From a virus (taxonomy: Duplodnaviria > Caudoviricetes): DNA of 64,000 nt. The notes under the pieces are model-generated. The model did not search any database, had not been told where the DNA came from, and saw only the letters and a program-made list of their open reading frames with translations. The translations under genes and the position numbers were made by a program. The first letter of the stretch is position 1; each line of letters begins with the position of its first letter. The stretch is taken from IMG/VR virus record IMGVR_UViG_2799112248_000007, positions 32,205 to 96,204 of that record. One strand, 5' to 3'. Shown here in pieces: positions 20,374-29,818 of the stretch.

Positions 20374-20973
20374 ATGAAACAATCAATACAATTTATGTAC
20401 GATGGTGTTTCTTCTGAGGATATGGGAGTTTTCATTGCTTGGAATGACGATGGTCTATTCGAAGAAAACTTCCTACCTAATAGGCAAATTATTGAGAAAA
20501 AAATAGCAAATCGTGAAAAACCTTACTTTCAGAGAGTGGAACATGAACCACTCTCTTTTAGTTTGTCTTTTGCTATTGCAGATTGGGAAAACAAAGACAC
20601 GTTAAGAAGATTAGCTCGTTGGTTCTTCCAACCATATTATAAACCATTGGTATTTGATTCTAACCCAAGCAGAGTATTTTATGCAATGTTCGAGGGTGAC
20701 AGTCAACTATTTCACAATGGGCTAAATGAGGGATATATCGAATTAAATATTAGATGTGATTCTCCATATGGCTATTCATTTGAACAAACAAAAGAAAATA
20801 TTGAACTTCGTGATATTAATGTTGGTACAAATGTTAAATTAGATGATTCAAATTTCTCTATGGGAGAAATGAGCAATATGCAAGTTACATCTAATGGTTT
20901 AACTATCGACACTACCCTATCAACATGGGGAAATGTCTATGCAACTACAAGTAATTGGGGAGGAATAACTTAA
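20374..20973 (+). CDS. Distal tail protein (Dit, YomH-like), N-terminal part
   Basis: FMYDGVSSEDMG...RWFFQPYYKPLVFD...GYIELNIRCDSPYGYS directly after the TMP. Confidence 0.75.
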   Translation: MKQSIQFMYDGVSSEDMGVFIAWNDDGLFEENFLPNRQIIEKKIANREKPYFQRVEHEPLSFSLSFAIADWENKDTLRRLARWFFQPYYKPLVFDSNPSRVFYAMFEGDSQLFHNGLNEGYIELNIRCDSPYGYSFEQTKENIELRDINVGTNVKLDDSNFSMGEMSNMQVTSNGLTIDTTLSTWGNVYATTSNWGGIT

Positions 20974-21632
20974 TGGAAAAAACTAATGGTGGACTAGGAT
21001 TAGATATTACTACTAATGCCACTTTTGATAATGATGATATAAAAGAAACAATTGTTGGTTATGGTAAAAACTTTTCAACTATCGAGAAATATTTAAGAGA
21101 ATCAACAAGCTCTCCTAATAACCTTGCTGTTGGTCAAACGGTTGAAAAAGGAAGGATTATTTGGAACGAAAATCCTGTAATCGGCAGTTATGTTGGTTGG
21201 GTAAATATTCGTGAAGGTAAACACGCCCCTAATTGGAAACCAAATGTTAAATATACTGTAGGACAAGAAATTAAAGCATTAACAGATAACGGAAATATTT
21301 ATCGTTGTGTTACAGCAGGAAAAAGTATGGTTAAATCCCCTACTTTCCTTGTTGAAGATGGTGTTGAATTTTATGATGCTATCGGCTATAAATGGTTTCC
21401 TGATTATAACTATAAAGTTAACGATGTAGTCTTCCCTACAAACGGCAGTAAATTATATTACTACATTTGTGAAACAGAAGGTCTTTCAGGAGAAAGTGAA
21501 CCTACATGGTCAGGTGTTTTAGCAGGAACTACATTTATTGATAACTCTGTCACATGGCGAAAAGAAGTAAATGTTAAATGGAAACAAGTAGGTAAATCCG
21601 CAGAATTTAGACCATTTGGTAAGGTTGAGTGA
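20973..21632 (+). CDS. Tail/baseplate protein with two CBM5/12-like W...Y.VG modules
   Basis: WKPNVKYTVGQ...IYRC and WFPDYNYKVNDVV...YYYIC...EPTW repeats; ATG overlaps the previous stop. Confidence 0.6.
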   Translation: MEKTNGGLGLDITTNATFDNDDIKETIVGYGKNFSTIEKYLRESTSSPNNLAVGQTVEKGRIIWNENPVIGSYVGWVNIREGKHAPNWKPNVKYTVGQEIKALTDNGNIYRCVTAGKSMVKSPTFLVEDGVEFYDAIGYKWFPDYNYKVNDVVFPTNGSKLYYYICETEGLSGESEPTWSGVLAGTTFIDNSVTWRKEVNVKWKQVGKSAEFRPFGKVE

Positions 21633-21636
21633 TACT

Positions 21637-22278
21637 ATGGCTAATTGGTCAAGATTGAGCGTTCCTAGAGGTATCTATATCTCCCCTCCTTTCTTTATTT
21701 CAAATGACTTAGATAAATATATTGCAAACATTAAAGAGACACTAATTAATATTCATAATCAAACAGTAGAATACTATTTTAGAGTTTCCTACAATCAAAA
21801 CGATTGGACTGATTGGAAAAGAATGTACATAACTTCCTATGACCTATTAGATGAATATATTTTAACAGGTTTGTATATTCAATTTCAGGTAGTCATGATT
21901 TCTGAGAATGAATCTGTTAAACCATACCTACAAGCTTTTGAAATGGAATTAAAACCATATGGCTTCTTGGAAAACACAGGTGACTTCCCTATCAAACCTA
22001 AGTTATGGATAAGAAAGAAAAACGGTAAAGGTGATATTGCAATTATCAACTTTACAACAGGTCAAAGAGTTGAGTTTAAAGACCTTAATAACAATGAAGA
22101 AATATACATTGATTGTGAGAATGAAGAAATTGTTTCAAGCAATCAAGTTAACGGTGTTTACAGGTATGATTCACACAACGATGAATACTTAGAATTAGCT
22201 CGTGGAAACAACTACATCACATCTGATGGTGACTTTGACCTCGATATTAGACACAAAGCAATACTACTACAAGAATAA
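21637..22278 (+). CDS. Protein carrying the Dit C-terminal domain
   Basis: ENTGDFPIKP...EEIYIDCENEEI...YLELARGNN is the typical siphophage Dit C-terminal signature. Confidence 0.65.
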   Translation: MANWSRLSVPRGIYISPPFFISNDLDKYIANIKETLINIHNQTVEYYFRVSYNQNDWTDWKRMYITSYDLLDEYILTGLYIQFQVVMISENESVKPYLQAFEMELKPYGFLENTGDFPIKPKLWIRKKNGKGDIAIINFTTGQRVEFKDLNNNEEIYIDCENEEIVSSNQVNGVYRYDSHNDEYLELARGNNYITSDGDFDLDIRHKAILLQE

Positions 22279-22294
22279 ACAGGAGGAATGACTA

Positions 22295-25200
22295 GTGAAG
22301 ATAGGTGAAATTGATTATAACCTAAAACTACCTAAGAAAAGTCTTTTTTTATGTAAACCAAATAAAAGCACTATCGCTAAAATTAATGAAGCCTATGATG
22401 TACAATACTATACAAAGTTAAGTACAGTAAATGAGCTTTCATTCAAGATTCCAACAATCATTATTAAAGATGAAGTTCCTATGGACAACCCAAATATCGA
22501 GCGTATTAAGCACAGATATATTTTTAAATATGTTGTTGGCAACACAACTGAGTATTTTCTTTTTAATGAATCTAACAAAACTTACGGTGATGAAGATTAT
22601 ATTGAATATAGAGCATATTCGCTAGGTGTTCAATTAGGTGACAAAAACGTTAGAGAATACGAGAAGATCGGTAACTTAAAAGATGTTGCAGATGGTGTTC
22701 TTGAAGATGTTTATGGTAGCTTAGGAGAAGTCCCTATTAAGCGTTGGACTATCGGTTATGTTGACAGCTACTTCACTACTTCCGAAACAGCAGAAAGAAA
22801 ATACAATGTAAGCTCTATGTCCCTATTAGAAGTTATGTATGACATTGCGACTAAATGGAACGCTGTAATCAAATGGAACACTGAGGATTTAGTAATCGAG
22901 TTCCACAAAGCTGAAAATGTAGGATTAAATAAAGGCTTTTACATTCGTGATGGTAAATACTTAGAAAGCTTCGATCTATCAGTCGATAGTAGCACAACAG
23001 TTACTCGCCTAAGAGCATTTGGTTCAGAAGGATTGACATTTAGAAAAATAAACCCACTTGGAGAAGACTATATACAGGACTTCTCTTTTTATATGTATCC
23101 ATTTGAATATGATAAAGAAAACAACAGGGTAATCAAAAGTTCAGACTACATGAGTGATAATTTATGTATTGCGCTAACAAAGTATGAAGACTTAGTGAAA
23201 AGCTTAGAAAGTGATTTTGAAACTATTTCTAAGAAAATCGAAGCTCTACAAGCAATCCTTACAATTGAATCTGATAGACTTTCTAAAATAACTGTAGAAA
23301 GAATGCTATTAGAAGATGAAAGAGATGTTCTTTTAGCTGATTTTCAAACTGATAAGAGTCTTTGGGGTAAAGATGGATATAACGACAGAGGCACTAAAGA
23401 TGGAACTGAAAGACATGCTGAGGTAATTGAATTACTTAGAGCAAAAGAGATTGAAGAATCTAACCAAAAAGCAGTCGTTGACAATGCTAGATTTGATGTA
23501 GAAGATGCAGAGCGTGAAAAGCAAGTCCACTTAGATAAACTTAAACCTTCTACTAACTTTACTAATGATGAATACGCAGAGTTACAAAACTTTATCATTG
23601 TCCAAGAGTATACAAATGACTCTATCACCCACCCCGAAGATTTGATGAAAGAAGCTAAAACAATCTTCAAACAAAGTCAAGAGCCAAAAATTCAATTAAC
23701 TGTAAGCATTATTGATTTCCTCTCAGTTATTGAATGTCAAAATGATTGGGATAAATTAGGTTTAGGTGACAGTATCAGAATACGATACGATAGGCTCAAA
23801 GTTAATATTCTAGCAAAAATCATTGAAATCAATTATGACTTTGAGAATTTTGAAATCTCTTTAACTATCGCTAACGAGAAAGACCTTAAAGATGGTAGTG
23901 CATTGTTAATGGACTTGCTAAACAAAGCAGATCTCACTTCTACTATCGTGTCGATGGACAAAGATGGTTGGAATCTATCGAAAGAAAACAACGGTAAAAT
24001 CAATGAAATTATCAACAATAAGTGGGACTCATTAAAAAATGCTGTCCTAGCAGGCTATGACCAACAAATAACTATCTCAGAGCGTGGTATCATCGTTAAA
24101 TCGCTTGACGATCCTGATAGTTGGTTGGTTATACAAAACGGCTTCTTGGCTATCACAAATGACCGTGGTAACACATGGAAACACGCAATTTCAAAAGACG
24201 GTATTTGGGGTGAATACATCTTCGGCAAACTTATCTCAGGTGTTAATTTATATATTGAAGATGAATCAGGAGCTTGGAAAACTCAAGGCTCTAGGACTAC
24301 TATCTACAATGCAGATGGTAAAGAAGTTATGTGGCTTGGTCTTGTTTCTGAAAACCTCCGAGATCAATTTGATAATATTATTCGCCAAGAAACAGGAGAA
24401 TGTTTCGGTTTAAAATCATGGAACACTGTAAATAAGGTTGAAATTACTGACTGTAAAGGTTTTGCTATCTCAAGATGGAAAGATAATGATTGGCAAAAAG
24501 TAATGTGGGCTAACCCTGACGGAACACTTTATACGAAAGATATGGTTGCGGAAGGAATTAAGATTGTTAATAATGTTGGCGACCTTATCCTAGACGCAGA
24601 GAACAATTTCTTTGATGTAAGTATTTTCGATAAAATTGTTGCTGACGGAAAACTAACAACTCTTGAAAAACTACAAATTACTACAGAATTGCACCGCATA
24701 CACGCCGACTACAAAGCCCTTCTCAAACACGCTGACAAATATAATAAGAGTGAAAGAGACAATGAAACAGACTTTGATGAAGCATGGAATCAAGATGAAG
24801 GTAGATTCCCTACTACAATATCTGATATTGAGCGATACAGCACAAAAGACCTCATTGAAAAATATACAGCTCTTGTAAACTACCTATCTCAATTCCTCCC
24901 TATTACAAAAAAAGGTATCATTAGAGATGAATTTCTTGAAATTGACCAAAAACACCCACTTATGGAAACAACGAGTGAGATTGCTAATAGAGGTTACTTT
25001 ATTCAAGTATTTAGAGACTATCATGATGCATCAATAAAGCTTAAGCAAGCTATAGAGGATTCGATTTTCTATTCAGGTATTAATATGGGAAGTTACTATA
25101 ACAACCTTATGATGGGTAAACAAGGTTTCGTAGCTGTCAGAAATGATGGTAGGTATCGTGCTTACCTTAATGCTACTAATGGTCTTGCCCTTCAAAAATG

Positions 25201-26302
25201 GGAAAAAGGCAAATGGGTTAGTAAACTATTTGCAACCTTAGGCGACCCTATGTGGGAAGATGGTACATTATTCGCAGAAGGTCTTGTAACTCACAATCTA
25301 CGAATTGTTGATGGTCACATGAACAATAAAATTATTTTTGATTGGCTTGACGGTATCACAATTTTCGGTGACAACAACGGTGCTGTTATTTACCTTAGCG
25401 GTAATGATGGTATTAAAATCGAAGTCGATGGAGATAGAAAGTTTTGGGTTGGTTTGGATGGTAGGCTTTATGCGAAAGACATTACTACTCACAATCTTAA
25501 AATTGTTGACGGTAACTTAGGTGAGAAAATTGTATTTGATCATGAAGAAGGTATTACAATCTATGGCGATAACGCTGACATTTTCTTAAATGCTAATGAC
25601 GCTATTAGAATTAAAACCAAGAGTGGCGAAGATAGATTTTGGGTTGATACTGATGGTTCACTATTTGCTAAAAAGTTATACATCATGGGTGATGACGATG
25701 AAATGATTGAAGATATTGATGGTTCATATATCTCTGATTTAACAGTAAATAGTTTAAAGACACTTGGCAAAGGAAGCACAAAACAAGACATTATCCATAT
25801 TGCTAAAAACTTTATGAGATTCAATACTTTCTTCTCAGATAGCGAAAAAACAAAACTAGAGTTTACCTTTGAAGGCACACGCGACACTTCATTCCCTGTT
25901 ATGATTTTCGGTTCAGGAAATGGTAGAGGATACGGTAGTGGCTCTGAGCAAGCAAAAGTTTACAAAGATAACAAAAAGTTTGCTATTGAATATGATGCAC
26001 CAAATGGAGTTATGACAAAATTCTATTTCAATGAAACAGATACAGATGATGCAGGACAAGCAGTTTACTTTGAGTCTAAAGGTGGCGTTCGATTCCACTC
26101 AGACAAAAAGTTCGTTGCAAAGACTGATTTGTATGAATTTTTCAGGGTTGTTAAAGGTGAAGACGCTAAAATGCAATTTGGTCAATACTCTTGGATTACT
26201 ATTGAAAAGGATAATCTAATGATTCGTTTTGATACTAATAACTACATCAAAATTTCTGCAAGTGGTGTGGAAATCAAAGGAACTAAGATTAGCTTAAACT
26301 AG
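22295..26302 (+). CDS. Tail-associated hub/spike protein (Tal, YomG-like) with C-terminal beta-repeat spike
   Basis: LFLCKPN N-terminus, TRLRAFGSEGLT...NPLG, coiled coil, AISKDGI motif, C-terminal GITI/FWV..DG.L repeats. Confidence 0.8.
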   Translation: MKIGEIDYNLKLPKKSLFLCKPNKSTIAKINEAYDVQYYTKLSTVNELSFKIPTIIIKDEVPMDNPNIERIKHRYIFKYVVGNTTEYFLFNESNKTYGDEDYIEYRAYSLGVQLGDKNVREYEKIGNLKDVADGVLEDVYGSLGEVPIKRWTIGYVDSYFTTSETAERKYNVSSMSLLEVMYDIATKWNAVIKWNTEDLVIEFHKAENVGLNKGFYIRDGKYLESFDLSVDSSTTVTRLRAFGSEGLTFRKINPLGEDYIQDFSFYMYPFEYDKENNRVIKSSDYMSDNLCIALTKYEDLVKSLESDFETISKKIEALQAILTIESDRLSKITVERMLLEDERDVLLADFQTDKSLWGKDGYNDRGTKDGTERHAEVIELLRAKEIEESNQKAVVDNARFDVEDAEREKQVHLDKLKPSTNFTNDEYAELQNFIIVQEYTNDSITHPEDLMKEAKTIFKQSQEPKIQLTVSIIDFLSVIECQNDWDKLGLGDSIRIRYDRLKVNILAKIIEINYDFENFEISLTIANEKDLKDGSALLMDLLNKADLTSTIVSMDKDGWNLSKENNGKINEIINNKWDSLKNAVLAGYDQQITISERGIIVKSLDDPDSWLVIQNGFLAITNDRGNTWKHAISKDGIWGEYIFGKLISGVNLYIEDESGAWKTQGSRTTIYNADGKEVMWLGLVSENLRDQFDNIIRQETGECFGLKSWNTVNKVEITDCKGFAISRWKDNDWQKVMWANPDGTLYTKDMVAEGIKIVNNVGDLILDAENNFFDVSIFDKIVADGKLTTLEKLQITTELHRIHADYKALLKHADKYNKSERDNETDFDEAWNQDEGRFPTTISDIERYSTKDLIEKYTALVNYLSQFLPITKKGIIRDEFLEIDQKHPLMETTSEIANRGYFIQVFRDYHDASIKLKQAIEDSIFYSGINMGSYYNNLMMGKQGFVAVRNDGRYRAYLNATNGLALQKWEKGKWVSKLFATLGDPMWEDGTLFAEGLVTHNLRIVDGHMNNKIIFDWLDGITIFGDNNGAVIYLSGNDGIKIEVDGDRKFWVGLDGRLYAKDITTHNLKIVDGNLGEKIVFDHEEGITIYGDNADIFLNANDAIRIKTKSGEDRFWVDTDGSLFAKKLYIMGDDDEMIEDIDGSYISDLTVNSLKTLGKGSTKQDIIHIAKNFMRFNTFFSDSEKTKLEFTFEGTRDTSFPVMIFGSGNGRGYGSGSEQAKVYKDNKKFAIEYDAPNGVMTKFYFNETDTDDAGQAVYFESKGGVRFHSDKKFVAKTDLYEFFRVVKGEDAKMQFGQYSWITIEKDNLMIRFDTNNYIKISASGVEIKGTKISLN

Positions 26303-26313
26303 GAGGATTTTAT

Positions 26314-26778
26314 ATGGCAAACATAGCTCTAAAAGACGCTACAATATCTGATTCTACTGCCACTGACCACATCACCTATAAGGTTAATGAGCAAGTAGAT
26401 ACAGGTGGTGGGTACTATGGCCAATGGGGTAATTATGTACCAACCTACCCTATCTACGATTGGGTTCAACATCAAACTTCTGCAACAGTCAAAGGAGAAA
26501 CAGTATCAACAGTAACAAACGTTACTATTCAAGGAAAAGCACCAATAGTTCAAGGTGACAAAACAAAAGAGAATGACTCATATAACATACCTAGTGGTGG
26601 CACATATGTTAGTGGTTCTCACACTAACGCTCAAGGCACAGTAACAGTTGGTAACAGTAGAAATGTTTTCATCAATGGTAAATCAGTTGCTATTGATGGC
26701 TCTACCGTTACAACACATGCAGGAACTAGCTCTAAAATTAACGGTGGAACTAGTTCTACTGTAACAATAGGTTCATAA
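26314..26778 (+). CDS. PAAR-like spike-tip protein
   Basis: VTIQGKAPIVQGD, GNSRNVFINGKSVAIDGS and terminal H...I..GSSTVTIG PAAR-type motifs directly after the spike gene. Confidence 0.65.
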   Translation: MANIALKDATISDSTATDHITYKVNEQVDTGGGYYGQWGNYVPTYPIYDWVQHQTSATVKGETVSTVTNVTIQGKAPIVQGDKTKENDSYNIPSGGTYVSGSHTNAQGTVTVGNSRNVFINGKSVAIDGSTVTTHAGTSSKINGGTSSTVTIGS

Positions 26779-26791
26779 AGAAGGTGAGAAT

Positions 26792-27949
26792 TTGGCAGTA
26801 ACAAAACAACCCATAAATTATTTAGAATTTAACAACCCTATTCATATTGTTTGGCGAAAAGGAACACCTAATGACCCTTTCATTGATAGACTAGACATTA
26901 CTCGTATAGTAAATCAACGTGTTGCTCTCTTAGAAATTCCTGATGAACTATATCGAGTAAGGATTGCGAATATGTTTGAAGTAAACTACGAAAAGTTCAT
27001 AAAAAGTAGTTTAGGTAAAAACGAGTTCTATTGTGACTATACAAATGGTTTCATCTACTTCAATGTTGACAGAGAAGCAGAAACAGTTTCTATTGTGTAT
27101 AAAGGCAGAGGTGTCATTCTATACCCTTCTAATCGAATTATTCACTATGATGGCACTAATAGCACAGAAACACTATACAAAATCATTGAAGAAGCAAAAT
27201 CTCAGATTCAAGAATTAATCGGTCAAACAGCAAACTTTGAAGAAGTTTTAGAGAATATGATTATCGCTACGAATTTAACAAAAGAAGCTACAGACATTGT
27301 TCTTGAAACAAATGATAAAGCACAGCAATATATTGATCTTGTCAAAGATGCTTACGAAACCACTGTATTAATCTATCAACCATATGTACAAACACAGAAT
27401 GAAATAGCGCAAAAGTACCCTAACCCACACGTTGGTTGGACTGTGCAAGTATATGACACAGGTATTCGTTACCGTTGGAATGGCAAAGAGTGGATTCCAA
27501 TAGATAATTTAGGTGGGAATATCCCTAAGGCATCTGATAAATATGATGGTCTTATGTCTAAAGAACATTACATTAAAGTGGAAGACATTAGTAATGAAAC
27601 AGACTATAGAACTATCGTTTTTATTTGCCCTCAAGAAATTTTACAAGGTGTCCAAGACCCTCATGTAGTCTTCCCTCATAATGGAGAAATTTTAGACATT
27701 AAAGCATTTGTCTCAAAAAAAGGTACTGTCGATACTTTAATAGATATTGAATTATCAAAAGATTTCAATAATTGGTATTCTATTATTGATAAACCTGTTT
27801 CAATTAATGCAGGTAATCACAAAGATAGCAGACTACACAAATTAAAAACAACAAAAATTAAAGAAAATGATGTTTTCAGGTTGAATGTATCTAATTTTAA
27901 TACAGACGCATATAACCTGACAGTAAATATTAAAATAAAAATTGATTAG
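26792..27949 (+). CDS. Baseplate/fibre-anchoring protein (YomF-like)
   Basis: FNNP...RKGTPNDP...LLEIPD N-terminus, coiled coil, YPNP.VGW...YRWNG.EW and DGLMSKE motifs. Confidence 0.6.
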   Translation: MAVTKQPINYLEFNNPIHIVWRKGTPNDPFIDRLDITRIVNQRVALLEIPDELYRVRIANMFEVNYEKFIKSSLGKNEFYCDYTNGFIYFNVDREAETVSIVYKGRGVILYPSNRIIHYDGTNSTETLYKIIEEAKSQIQELIGQTANFEEVLENMIIATNLTKEATDIVLETNDKAQQYIDLVKDAYETTVLIYQPYVQTQNEIAQKYPNPHVGWTVQVYDTGIRYRWNGKEWIPIDNLGGNIPKASDKYDGLMSKEHYIKVEDISNETDYRTIVFICPQEILQGVQDPHVVFPHNGEILDIKAFVSKKGTVDTLIDIELSKDFNNWYSIIDKPVSINAGNHKDSRLHKLKTTKIKENDVFRLNVSNFNTDAYNLTVNIKIKID

Positions 27950-27966
27950 AGAGTAGGAATTTAATT

Positions 27967-28725
27967 ATGGCAACAAAAGCGCCTGAGGTTTCATGGTATG
28001 AAGGTACAAATGAATTTTCTAAACAAGTAAACTATACAGTAAACTACGGTACTGTAGATGCTGACTCACCGTCACAAACTAAAGTATTCTATATTTGGAA
28101 TAACCGTGGAGGTAAAGAAGATTGCTCTAAAATGGAGGAAGTAACATTCACAACTCGTGACCGTAAGGGTGGTGATGGAAGTCAAGATGGAAACATTGTT
28201 CAGGCAGTTAAAGATTGTTGGTTCAATGTTCGTGTAGATAGCTTAGGTGAAGAAGATAAATTTTTACCTGTTGGTAAAAGTGGTGTTAAAGATACAAATA
28301 GGTCAGGTGTTAAAGACTTAGGTACAACAGGAACTACAACAAATGTAAATGCATCTACTGCCCAAGTTTGGTCTGCTAAAAAAGATTTAGCATTAAACAC
28401 TTATGTCCAACCAACAAATCCAAATGGTTTCATTTATAAGGTTACTAAAGCAGGTACAACAGATGTTAACGAGCCACAATGGGCAGATAAGGAAGGAAAC
28501 CCTACATTTGATGGTTTAGATATTGAATACCAAGCTATCAAAATTGAAAAAACACCTGCAACAAAAGAAATTTTAGGCTTTGCAAATAATACGAAGGAAG
28601 ATGGCTCTGACGCTCACTTAGCAGGCGGTAACTTCGTTAAGATTTCTGTATATGCAGATGTACCAGTTGATGCATTAGCAGGTAAAAACCTATTAATGCA
28701 ACGTGTTTCATACCGTTACGTTTAA
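27967..28725 (+). CDS. Structural protein with a CBM-like insert (cassette A slot 0)
   Basis: VNYGTVDA...YIWNNRGG; WSAKKD.ALNTYVQP...IYKVTKAG...EPQW module. Confidence 0.6.
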   Translation: MATKAPEVSWYEGTNEFSKQVNYTVNYGTVDADSPSQTKVFYIWNNRGGKEDCSKMEEVTFTTRDRKGGDGSQDGNIVQAVKDCWFNVRVDSLGEEDKFLPVGKSGVKDTNRSGVKDLGTTGTTTNVNASTAQVWSAKKDLALNTYVQPTNPNGFIYKVTKAGTTDVNEPQWADKEGNPTFDGLDIEYQAIKIEKTPATKEILGFANNTKEDGSDAHLAGGNFVKISVYADVPVDALAGKNLLMQRVSYRYV

Positions 28726-28766
28726 AAGTAACATAATAATATAATTAGGTAAAAGAGTGATTTTAC

Positions 28767-28800
28767 AGGGTAAGGGGATTTCTCCCCTACCCTATTTTTT
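28767..28800 (+). terminator. Terminator-like hairpin; copies at ~44616-44648 and ~53311-53344
   Basis: AGGGTAAGGGGA/TCCCCTACCCT stem followed by a T-tract. Confidence 0.65.
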
Positions 28801-28848
28801 ATGAATTTTTTAATAAAAAACTTCAATGCAATGAAGGAGATTGATAAT

Positions 28849-29448
28849 ATGTTATTCACAAATGGACAAAATTTACAGGCGATCGGTATCCCCTTTAATT
28901 GGAACGCTGATTATGTAAATGGTAAAAACTATGCTGAGTATGACCTACTTACGCATGAGAAAAATGATTTTTATTTAATTCAGAGAAATCAGGTTATTCG
29001 TTTTGGTTTGTTTGGTCAAGGAATGAAATTTTTCTTCGAAATGTCAGATGGTTCATTCAACCTAATGAAGAGAAGAATTGAAGTTGAGTACATTGACGAA
29101 AATGGAGAAACTTATCATTTAACAACAAATTTCGAAAACAAAGACCTTATCACATATAAAGAAGCTTACACTGACTACAGCAATGTACAAGGTGTTCAAC
29201 GCTCAAATATCAAGTCCATTAATTTTGGCTACAAAACAATTTACAAGAAAGATGATGTTCAACTATTTTTCCAACCTGTTGTATCCCTACCCTTTAATGA
29301 GAGCGCCTTTATTGAGGTCAAATTAACATCGAATAAGGACATGAACGGCTACTTGGTGTTCAAATCAAGTGGGATTGAAATAGAACGCTTCTACGCCCCT
29401 TTAGAAGCCAATAGAGCAGGTCAAATTAATTGGACTATCAAAAACTAA
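28849..29448 (+). CDS. Conserved hypothetical protein (A slot 1)
   Basis: AAGGAG RBS before ATG at 28849; 3' half near-identical to 44766-45182. Confidence 0.75.
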   Translation: MLFTNGQNLQAIGIPFNWNADYVNGKNYAEYDLLTHEKNDFYLIQRNQVIRFGLFGQGMKFFFEMSDGSFNLMKRRIEVEYIDENGETYHLTTNFENKDLITYKEAYTDYSNVQGVQRSNIKSINFGYKTIYKKDDVQLFFQPVVSLPFNESAFIEVKLTSNKDMNGYLVFKSSGIEIERFYAPLEANRAGQINWTIKN

Positions 29449-29469
29449 CACAAAGAGAGGAAATGCACT

Positions 29470-29802
29470 ATGAAGAGATTTTGGCTACGTCTTCCTGAAA
29501 AAAATGACTACTTAGAAATAACAGCTACGAACAATAAGTTATCATTATTTGAGTCTTCAACTGAAAAAGCTTACACAGTAGACATAGGTAATTATTCACT
29601 TGAGAAACTACGAGATAATCTAGTTAGTAAAGGCTTAGATGCTCGGATTGGAGAAATTAAAGCACCTAAAAACTCTAAATTCATTGTATTGTTCTTAGAC
29701 AGCTCATTCACAAATGTAAATGGTAGCTTTGTTACTTTTGTAGGCGGTATAGAGTCTATTGACACAGGAGATAGACAAGAAGAAAACATAATTCACATTT
29801 AA
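29470..29802 (+). CDS. Hypothetical protein (A slot 2)
   Basis: Paralogue at 45204-45536; GAGAGG RBS. Confidence 0.75.
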   Translation: MKRFWLRLPEKNDYLEITATNNKLSLFESSTEKAYTVDIGNYSLEKLRDNLVSKGLDARIGEIKAPKNSKFIVLFLDSSFTNVNGSFVTFVGGIESIDTGDRQEENIIHI

Positions 29803-29818
29803 GAAAGGAAGATGCTCT

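Noticed and set aside
9131-27949. Contractile injection system (R-type tailocin, eCIS, PBSX-like)
   Set aside because: No sheath or baseplate wedge (J-like) genes recognised; Dit/Tal/long TMP layout is siphophage-type
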